DNA from: Ferroglobus placidus DSM 10642
GTDB taxonomy: Archaea; Halobacteriota; Archaeoglobi; Archaeoglobales; Archaeoglobaceae
Direction: 5' to 3'
Length of the DNA stretch: 32,000 nucleotides
Assembly (NCBI RefSeq): GCF_000025505.1
Contig: NC_013849.1
Coordinates: 51,250 to 83,249, forward strand
Shown: one piece after another, positions 22,406 to 29,884 of the stretch
Position numbering within the stretch: the first letter of the stretch is position 1
Layout of the letters: each line of letters starts with the position of its first letter
Program-made: the position numbers and the translations under genes
The notes under the pieces: model-generated
Seen by the model: only the letters and a program-made list of their open reading frames with translations
Told to the model about the DNA's origin: nothing
Database searches by the model: none

Positions 22406-22989
22406 GGATCGTCGTAGCTCTAACGGGAGCTTCCGGACAGATTTACGGAATAAGGCTTCTCGAATACTTAAGTAAAACGGATATCGAGACGCATCTTGTT
22501 ATCTCTCCGGCTGCCAAAGAAAATATAGAGATAGAGACGGAATACAGCGTAGAATACGTTGAGAGCTTGGCGGATTTCTGCTACGACTACATGGACTTCA
22601 CGGCTCCAATAGCAAGCGGAAGTTTCAAGCACGACGGGATGATCGTGATCCCCTGCTCGATCAAAACAGCTTCGGCGATAGCAAACAGCCTCAACTACAA
22701 CCTGATAATCAGAGCAGCAGACGTGACTTTGAAGGAGAGGAGAAAGCTCGTTCTCGTCGTTAGAGAGACTCCGCTTCATTCCGGTCACTTGAGGATGCTC
22801 GCCAAGCTTTCGGATCTCGGAGCGATAGTATACCCGCCAGTTCCAGCGTTTTACTCCAAACCGAAGAGCTTGGACGACATCGTAAATCACACGGTGGGAA
22901 GAGCCCTCGATCTTCTCGGAGTTGAGAACAACCTCTACAAACCTTGGATGGGCAGGGAGAGTATATCGGAGAAGGAGTTCAATTTGTAA
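22402..22989 (+). CDS. ubiX: UbiX flavin prenyltransferase (prFMN synthase)
   Basis: 195 aa. MRIVVALTGASGQIYGIRLLEYL, MIVIPCSIKTASAIANS and LVVRETPLH are typical UbiX/Pad1 motifs. Its ATG overlaps the ligase stop (ATGA). Confidence 0.9.
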   Translation: MRIVVALTGASGQIYGIRLLEYLSKTDIETHLVISPAAKENIEIETEYSVEYVESLADFCYDYMDFTAPIASGSFKHDGMIVIPCSIKTASAIANSLNYNLIIRAADVTLKERRKLVLVVRETPLHSGHLRMLAKLSDLGAIVYPPVPAFYSKPKSLDDIVNHTVGRALDLLGVENNLYKPWMGRESISEKEFNL

Positions 22990-23546
22990 TCGGCATCAAG
23001 CTCTGAAAATTTATTTTCCCCCTCCAAAACAGCTATTTTAATTCCGGCTCTTTTGCAAGCCTCCACATCTGATCTGCTATCACCTACGAAGAGAACATCT
23101 TTTTTGCTGACCTTAAGCGATTCGATCGCTTTTAATATTCCCATCGGAGACGGTTTTAAAAGCTGAACGTCCTTTCTTCCTATAACAACCTCGAAGCTGC
23201 CGGCTATTTGAAATTTTTCAAGAGCTTTTTTCAAAACGTCCTTGCTTACGTTAGAAACCACCGCCTTTTTAACCCTCAGCTTTTCGAGAACTTCCTTGAC
23301 TCCCTCTCTAAGCTTCCACCTCTTAAAAGCCTCTAAATCGTACTTGTCGTAGATATTGTCGATCAAAGAAATTAAGGATGGATGATATGAAGCTACGAAG
23401 TTGTATATCTCGGCGTAGTTGCTACTCTCGATCTCAATTCCCCTCTCTTCGAGAACGCTTTTCGCTTCTTTCACTGCCTTACTCAAATCCCAAGCGAAGT
23501 TGACAAGTGTCCCCTCAAAGTCGAAGATTAGTGCTTTGAACGTCAT
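22935..23546 (-). CDS. HAD-superfamily phosphatase (phosphoglycolate phosphatase-like)
   Basis: Motif I is LIFDFEGTLV, motif II is AVVSNVS and motif IV is LFVGDSRSDVEA. I prefer ATG 23546 (MTFKALIFDF), which overlaps the upstream gene stop as ATGA, over the track start 23582. Confidence 0.75.
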   Translation of the reverse strand: MTFKALIFDFEGTLVNFAWDLSKAVKEAKSVLEERGIEIESSNYAEIYNFVASYHPSLISLIDNIYDKYDLEAFKRWKLREGVKEVLEKLRVKKAVVSNVSKDVLKKALEKFQIAGSFEVVIGRKDVQLLKPSPMGILKAIESLKVSKKDVLFVGDSRSDVEACKRAGIKIAVLEGENKFSELDADYKLNSFSDILSLPIQGL

Positions 23547-25588
23547 TCTTTCCTCGCAAGGAGTGCTTTCAGCTCCGGGCATCCGGAAATCGGATCTCCG
23601 GGCTTGTTTGAGGTAAGAACGTTAACGTTCCCTTCGCTCCATCCGTGGGGGATGTTTATTACTCCCGGGGCTATGTCTTCGGTAACTTTAGCTCTGACGA
23701 CTATGCTTCCCCTCTCGGTTTTGACGATAACCTTGTCTCCGTCCTTCACTCCGAACTTCTCTGCAGTTTTCGGATTTATCTCAACGTAAGCCTCCGGAAG
23801 AATTCTTCTCATCTTCTCCACGTTTCTCATTTGGGAATGGGTGTAGTAAACGTCCCTCGCCCCGGTAGTTAGAATTAAAGGATATTCCTTGGCTTTTTCG
23901 CTGTACGGACTTTCGCTCGGCTCTTTCGGGGTTGGAATCGGATCGTAGCCGAGTTTTTTCAAAGTTTCCGAGTATATCTCGACTTTCCCGCTCGGAGTTT
24001 TGAATCCTCTCTTCTTGTACTCTTCGTACTTTACTTCTCCAGTCCAAACTCCTGAAGGATATTTTTCGTTCAGATCTTCGAAGGAGTAGCCGGTAGGCTC
24101 CAAAACGTAATCGAGAACTTCTTCAACGCTCGTCCACGGGAAGTAGTTATCGAATCCCATTTTCTTCGCAAGCTCAAGCCAGAATTCCACGTCACTCTTA
24201 GCCTCTCCCAAAGGCTCTATCACCTTCTTCCTCAGCATCATGTAGGGAATTCCGAATATCACGCTGTAGTAGTCGACGAGCTCGTATCTTTCAAGGAAAG
24301 AGGCGGCGGGTAAGAAAACATCTGCGTGTTTTGCTGTTTCCGTCATGAACATATCCATAACCGCCAGAAATTCCACCTTCTTCAGCATCTCCACGACTTT
24401 ATTCGAGTTGGGCCAGGTTAAAGCCGGATTTGATCCGGCGACAAAGATGCTTTTAATTGGGTACGGCTTTCCTTCGAGGACAGCGTCGTATAAATACATC
24501 CCCTGCCCCTCGCCAAGATGAGTTTCCCAGACTTGGTAGAATAGGGGGTGCTCCTTAATTCCGAGAGGCACGTCTTCCAGCATTTCCACGAGCCTGAGGT
24601 TTCTCGTGTGGACTCTTGCAGCTCTGACAAATCCTCCCTTTACATCGATGTTCCCCGTTAAAGCGTGGAGAATAGCCACGCTCCTCGCGTTCTGCACGCC
24701 AGTAGGAACCTGATCCAGAGCGTTCACCCCTTGGACTATGCATGCCGGCTTTGTTGTTGCGAAAGTTCTTGCAATCTCAGTAATCGTCTCTGCTTCAACC
24801 CACGTTCTTTCGGCTATTTCCTCCAGAGAATATTTGGCTACGTGATTTTTCAATTCTTCAAAGCCGACGCAGTAATTGGAGACAAATTCCTTATCGTAAA
24901 GCTCCTCTTCGATTATGACTTTCATCAACCCCAAAGCTAAGTAGGTGTCGCTGCCCGGTCTAATTGAGGCGTGTATGTCAGCCATCTTCGCAACCTTGGT
25001 TCTTCTCGGATCGATTACTATAAGCTTCGCTCCTCTTTCTCTGGCTTTGTCTATCCTCCAAGCCAAAGGTGGCTTGGAAGCGTGGGGATTGTGAGCCCAG
25101 ACGATTATGCAGTTAGCATTGTCTACATCAGCTACGTTGAACTTTCCGATCGTGAGAATGTAGCCTATTATCTGATGCCTGTAACACATGCTCTCGGGAG
25201 AGAAGCAGTTTGGAGTACCATAGACATCCATAAACCTCCTTATGAAGCCTACAGTAGATGAACCTCCGAGAAGTATCGGCATTCCGATTATCGTAGCAAA
25301 GTACCTCGGGTCCTCTTCTCTTATCTCCTTCAAATTCTCAGCCACGAGCTCTATAGCATAATCCCAGTCAACCTTTTTCCACTTCTCTCCTTCCTTGACC
25401 ATCGGACGCGTCACTCTTTCTTTCGAGTAGATGTAATCTGGAGCGACGCTTCCTTTCGGGCAGAGCCTTCCAAAATTGAGAGGGTGCTCCTTCATTCCCT
25501 TAACACTCGTTATTCTTCCCTTTTCAACTTTCACATCCATTCCGCAACTCCAAGCGCAAAGCTCGCAAGCTGTCTTGATTATCATCAC
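23543..25588 (-). CDS. Molybdopterin (Mo/W-bis-MGD) oxidoreductase catalytic subunit, cytoplasmic, with an N-terminal [4Fe-4S] motif
   Basis: 681 aa. CELCAWSCGMDV...GRLCPKG gives the C-x2-C-x3-C-xn-C cluster starting at residue 8, so there is no Tat signal. GTPNCFSPESMCYRH places a Cys at the usual metal-ligand position. The C-terminal molydopterin dinucleotide-binding barrel reads PLILTTGAR...VEINPKTAEKFGVKDGDKV. Confidence 0.85.
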   Translation of the reverse strand: MMIIKTACELCAWSCGMDVKVEKGRITSVKGMKEHPLNFGRLCPKGSVAPDYIYSKERVTRPMVKEGEKWKKVDWDYAIELVAENLKEIREEDPRYFATIIGMPILLGGSSTVGFIRRFMDVYGTPNCFSPESMCYRHQIIGYILTIGKFNVADVDNANCIIVWAHNPHASKPPLAWRIDKARERGAKLIVIDPRRTKVAKMADIHASIRPGSDTYLALGLMKVIIEEELYDKEFVSNYCVGFEELKNHVAKYSLEEIAERTWVEAETITEIARTFATTKPACIVQGVNALDQVPTGVQNARSVAILHALTGNIDVKGGFVRAARVHTRNLRLVEMLEDVPLGIKEHPLFYQVWETHLGEGQGMYLYDAVLEGKPYPIKSIFVAGSNPALTWPNSNKVVEMLKKVEFLAVMDMFMTETAKHADVFLPAASFLERYELVDYYSVIFGIPYMMLRKKVIEPLGEAKSDVEFWLELAKKMGFDNYFPWTSVEEVLDYVLEPTGYSFEDLNEKYPSGVWTGEVKYEEYKKRGFKTPSGKVEIYSETLKKLGYDPIPTPKEPSESPYSEKAKEYPLILTTGARDVYYTHSQMRNVEKMRRILPEAYVEINPKTAEKFGVKDGDKVIVKTERGSIVVRAKVTEDIAPGVINIPHGWSEGNVNVLTSNKPGDPISGCPELKALLARKE

Positions 25589-25657
25589 ATGAAGTTAAGG
25601 ATTAATAATTTATAAAGGTTTGTAAAGTAAATTTTTGGAAAATCGGAAGGTGTCGAC

Positions 25658-27331
25658 ATGATCGGAAGCAGACTTGCCGAAGTTTACAGAAGTTTGATAA
25701 ACGTTGCGATGGGAAGGGAAAAAGCGGATCTCTTAATCGAAAACTGCAACATCGTGGATGTTATAAGCGGGGATATTTTCGAGGGAAGTATTGCAATTAA
25801 AGGAGACAGAATAGCTCTCGTCGGTGAGAAAGTTGACGCCTACGAATTTTTCGACGCAAAAGGGCTTTACGCCGTTCCGGGATTTATTGATGCTCACGCA
25901 CACCCGGATTTTTACCTAACCCTCCCGGAGTATTCGAGTTTGGCAGTTAAACACGGAACAACAACGCTATTTTCCGAATGCGACGCAGCTTTAAATGCTC
26001 TTGGAACAGAAGGATTCGAGCTCTTCGTCAAGTGGGCGAGGGAATGTCCAGCTAGAATATATATAAACATCCCCTACATATTCCCTCAGGATCCGGCTGT
26101 CGAGGATGCTAACTTCGAGATAAGCTACGAGGAACTTGCTGAGATAGCCGGAGATCTTTTGGTTGGACTCGGCGAAGTTCTGTCTTGGAGCGGAGTTATT
26201 TCATTGGATGAGCAAATTCTGAAAAAGATCGACTTCGCGTTGGAAAAAGACCTCGTAGTTCTCGGACACACTGCCGGTGCTAAAAGGAACAAGCTGCAAG
26301 CGTATTCCATTATCGCAGGTTCCTGTCACGAAGCAATAACTCAAGAGGAAGCTCTGGAGAAGCTTAGGAGCGGCTTGCACTTAATGGTTAGGGAGGGGTC
26401 GATAAGGAGCGATCTGGGCATAATTAAAGGGATAAAAAACGTCGACAAATCCTGGATTTCAATTGTTTCCGACGGAGTCGATCCGAGGAAACTTGTGGGG
26501 GGTTACATGGATTCAATAGCGAGAAAGGCTGTTGAACTTGGGTTAGATCCGATAGATGTGCTGAGGATGATCACGGTGAATCCGGCGAAATACTACGGAA
26601 TGGAGAGAGATCTTGGCATAATCGCTCCTCCGAGATACGCTGACATAGTTTTGCTGAAAAGCCTTGAAAAGTTTGAGGTTGAGAGAGTTTTCGTTGGGGG
26701 AAAGATTCCGAAGGAGGCGAAGACGAAAGATGAACCTTACAGCGTCATGAACGTTGAGAAGATTGAAAGAGAGGACTTAAAGATTGACGCCGATGGAAAC
26801 GTTAAAATCAGGATGATGCGCCTTGTCACCGAGAGCGTAACAAAGGAGGTTATCAGAGAGGTGGAGGTGAAAAACGGAGAGACGGATTTCTGTAAAGCTG
26901 TTTTGGTGGACAGGTTTAAAGGAAACAGAATAGTTATCGGGTTGATCGAAAACCTCGAAATGGAAGGCACAGTTTCTTCAACCTTCAACTTCGACGAGTA
27001 CAATATTCTGACCATAGGCAGAGACTACGACGAGATAGCTAAGACGACGAACAAACTCATAAAAATGGGTGGGGGGATAATTTACTCCGGAAAAACAAAC
27101 GTAGAGCTAAGGTTACCCTACGGAGGAGTTATGAGCAACGATGTTGGGGATGTAATCCAGAAACTCGAAAAGCTGAATGAAGTTTTAAAAGACGATGGCT
27201 TCGAATTCGAAAATCCATTGAACGTGCTGTACTTCCTAACTTTCGTAACGCTGCCTGAATTGAAGATCAGCAATAAAGGATTGGTGAAGGTCAAGGAGAG
27301 GAAGATCGTGCCGCTTATAGTGGAAAGTTGA
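25658..27331 (+). CDS. Adenine deaminase-family amidohydrolase (divergent)
   Basis: 557 aa. The amidohydrolase core has PGFIDAHAHPDF, GLGEVLSW, LGHTAG, SCHEA and IVSDGVDP. A C-terminal region is laid out like the adenine deaminase C-domain (MGGGIIYSG...LRLPYGGVMS...LTFVTLPELKISNKGLV). Confidence 0.65.
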   Translation: MIGSRLAEVYRSLINVAMGREKADLLIENCNIVDVISGDIFEGSIAIKGDRIALVGEKVDAYEFFDAKGLYAVPGFIDAHAHPDFYLTLPEYSSLAVKHGTTTLFSECDAALNALGTEGFELFVKWARECPARIYINIPYIFPQDPAVEDANFEISYEELAEIAGDLLVGLGEVLSWSGVISLDEQILKKIDFALEKDLVVLGHTAGAKRNKLQAYSIIAGSCHEAITQEEALEKLRSGLHLMVREGSIRSDLGIIKGIKNVDKSWISIVSDGVDPRKLVGGYMDSIARKAVELGLDPIDVLRMITVNPAKYYGMERDLGIIAPPRYADIVLLKSLEKFEVERVFVGGKIPKEAKTKDEPYSVMNVEKIEREDLKIDADGNVKIRMMRLVTESVTKEVIREVEVKNGETDFCKAVLVDRFKGNRIVIGLIENLEMEGTVSSTFNFDEYNILTIGRDYDEIAKTTNKLIKMGGGIIYSGKTNVELRLPYGGVMSNDVGDVIQKLEKLNEVLKDDGFEFENPLNVLYFLTFVTLPELKISNKGLVKVKERKIVPLIVES

Positions 27332-27426
27332 CTCCGTAAATTTTATCTTAGCTTGAGATTTCAAATAATTATTAATTAATTTTATTAAAGCAAACAATTT
27401 AAATAGATTCCCGGCAAGAAGTCGTC

Positions 27427-29223
27427 ATGGGTTTTGAGGAGAAGGCTGAGAGGGATTTGGAAGAGGGAGGAATAGGTGATGTCTTAACTCAAAAGCACGA
27501 AATCAAGCATAGGTACACGAAAAGGCAGAAAATATCTTTATTCTTCGGAATTCTGTTATTCTTGGCTGTAATCCTCATGCCAACTCCCGCTACATTTGCA
27601 GAGTCGGCTCTGAAAAACTCCGAACTTCCGAAGGACTTAGTTTCGGAGATGGGAAAGCTCGGCTACGCCGAGGTTGAAGGGGGCAAGATAAAAAAAGTAA
27701 AGGATGTTGAGGCGGCTCTTTCTTACCTCAAGGAGAGAAGTCCGGAGAGTTACGAAAAAGTCGTAAAGAAAGCTAACGACATGAAAAGCGTCACGGCTTT
27801 AACGATCCTGATGGCTGTATGGTGGATTGGAGAAGCGATTCCGCTGCCAGCTACAGCTTTACTCCCCTTAGTCGCTCTACCAGTTCTTGGAGTTAGCAAG
27901 ATTAACGAAGTTGCCCCGAATTACGCCTCAAATGTGATTTTCCTCTTTATGGGAGGTTTCATGATCGCAGCAGCTATGATGAAGTGGAACCTTCACAGAA
28001 GACTTGCGTTGATAATAGTTAATGCGATGGGCACGAGTCCAAAAAGGATTATTCTCGGTTTTATGGTAGCAACGGCTTTCCTCAGCATGTGGATTTCCAA
28101 TACCGCTACGACGATGATGATGATGCCGATCGGTCTGTCGATAATTTTGCACATCGCAAAGGTTGGAGAGGAGTTGAAGAGAAAGGGAGAAATAAAAGGA
28201 GTTGACTTTAGAGCTGGCAGATTTAGATTTGGCACAGCTCTAATGCTCGGAATAGCCTACGCAGCATCGATAGGAGGGGTTGCAACGATAATAGGAACTC
28301 CGCCTAACGCTGTTTTTGTCGGGACACTTCCAAAGCTCTTCCCGAATGCTCCGGAAGTAACCTTCGTGGACTGGCTTTTTATAGGACTTCCAGTGTCAGC
28401 GATAATGCTTCTCCTGACTTGGATCGTCCTTGTGTACGTTCTGAACAAGCCGGAAATTGACGAAATTCCCGGAGGAAAGGAGTTAATAAGAAAGGAGCTG
28501 GAAAAGCTCGGTGCTTGGAGTAGGGGAGAAAAGATCGTTCTTTCTGTCTTCATTCTTACCGCTCTCGCATGGATTAACAGCAAACCGAAAAACATAGCGG
28601 GAGTAATTATTCCAGGAATTTCGAGCTATCTGCCCTTCGTGAACGATTACGTCATAGCGATGGCGGCTGCCATAGCTCTTTTCCTTATTCCGGTGGACTT
28701 AAAAAGAGGAGAATTCGCTCTCGACTGGGATCACGCCAAGGACATCCCGTGGGGCATCTTACTTCTCTTCGGAGGTGGAATAGCGTTGAGTAAAGCTTTC
28801 ACGTCCTCCGGACTTGCAAGCTGGTTGGCTGAGCAGCTTTTATTTTTAAAAGGTGCACCAACGATTCTCGTAATTCTTGCGGTGGTAACGCTTGTGATAT
28901 TTCTCACCGAGATGACGTCCAATACAGCAATAGCAACTCTGATGATGCCCATAATGGCTGGATTTGCCTTGGCTATGGGGGAAGATCCGAGAGCATTCAT
29001 GATTCCGGCAACGATAGCAGCGAGCTTCGCCTTCATGCTTCCGGTAGCGACGCCGCCAAATGCAATAGTCTTCGGGACTGGCTACGTGACAGTTCCTCAA
29101 ATGGTGAGAAACGGTTTTCTGCTGAACGTTATCGGCATAGCTCTCGTGACGACTCTTTGCTACCTTTTACTTCCAGTAGTCTTCGACGTAACTTGGGGTG
29201 TTAAGCCCGAATGGGTTCCCTGA
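27427..29223 (+). CDS. DASS (SLC13/INDY-type) sodium-coupled anion symporter
   Basis: 598-aa polytopic protein. It has two SNT hairpin motifs (WISNTATTMMMMP and MTSNTAIATLMMP), each followed by GTPPN/TPPNA, as in divalent anion:Na+ symporters. Confidence 0.8.
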   Translation: MGFEEKAERDLEEGGIGDVLTQKHEIKHRYTKRQKISLFFGILLFLAVILMPTPATFAESALKNSELPKDLVSEMGKLGYAEVEGGKIKKVKDVEAALSYLKERSPESYEKVVKKANDMKSVTALTILMAVWWIGEAIPLPATALLPLVALPVLGVSKINEVAPNYASNVIFLFMGGFMIAAAMMKWNLHRRLALIIVNAMGTSPKRIILGFMVATAFLSMWISNTATTMMMMPIGLSIILHIAKVGEELKRKGEIKGVDFRAGRFRFGTALMLGIAYAASIGGVATIIGTPPNAVFVGTLPKLFPNAPEVTFVDWLFIGLPVSAIMLLLTWIVLVYVLNKPEIDEIPGGKELIRKELEKLGAWSRGEKIVLSVFILTALAWINSKPKNIAGVIIPGISSYLPFVNDYVIAMAAAIALFLIPVDLKRGEFALDWDHAKDIPWGILLLFGGGIALSKAFTSSGLASWLAEQLLFLKGAPTILVILAVVTLVIFLTEMTSNTAIATLMMPIMAGFALAMGEDPRAFMIPATIAASFAFMLPVATPPNAIVFGTGYVTVPQMVRNGFLLNVIGIALVTTLCYLLLPVVFDVTWGVKPEWVP

Positions 29224-29227
29224 TTTT

Positions 29228-29884
29228 TTACCTTATTTTTCTTCCTCTGAAAGCGTCGTAAATTCTTCTCGCGTATTTCTCCCCTATTCCTTCGACTCTC
29301 ATGAGTTCGTAGAGTGAGGCGTTGGCAATTCTCTGCAAGTTTCCGAACTTTTCAAGAAGTCTTTTTGCTCTTTCCTCCCCTATTCCGGGAATTGCCGTTA
29401 GCATCGCTATTTGATAATCTTCCTTAGCTTTCACTCTCGGAAAAACTCTCAGCTCTCCTTTTCTTATCTTCGAATCTATGTACTTTAAAGCGAGGATAGA
29501 ATCGAACTCGTTCTCAAAAGTTATCGGAACTACTTGCCCCTTTTCTTTCTTCACGGCCAAAGATATAAGAGCTCCTATGACTGCTTCTCTCCTTATCTCC
29601 CTCCTCACAAGAACTTCTTCAATCGAGCCGATTATAAATATAAAGCTCAAGTTGTACCTTGAGGAGAGCAAGTAGTGCTGTCTGAAAATTCTGCCGTCGA
29701 TCGTTGAATTCACGAAGTCTTCTGCAGATTTTCTTTCGACGGCAACTTCGTAACTTTCGTGAACAACGAGGAAATCTCCAACCTCAAGTCTCCTGATTTC
29801 GTACTCAACTCCCGCTTCTTCAAGCATTCTGAAAACTTTTTCTGGCTCTCTGTCATCGACGAATATCATAAAAAGCCTCCGCAA
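29228..29884 (-). CDS. Short XPF/Mus81-family nuclease: ERCC4 domain + (HhH)2
   Basis: ERCC4 signature residues are all present: VDDREP, VGDFLV, VERKSAEDFVNSTIDGRIFRQ. The C-terminal tandem HhH is IPGIGEERAKRLLEKFGNL...VEGIGEKYARRIYDAF. There is no helicase domain. An alternative start exists at 29869 (MIFVDDRE). Confidence 0.85.
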   Translation of the reverse strand: MRRLFMIFVDDREPEKVFRMLEEAGVEYEIRRLEVGDFLVVHESYEVAVERKSAEDFVNSTIDGRIFRQHYLLSSRYNLSFIFIIGSIEEVLVRREIRREAVIGALISLAVKKEKGQVVPITFENEFDSILALKYIDSKIRKGELRVFPRVKAKEDYQIAMLTAIPGIGEERAKRLLEKFGNLQRIANASLYELMRVEGIGEKYARRIYDAFRGRKIR

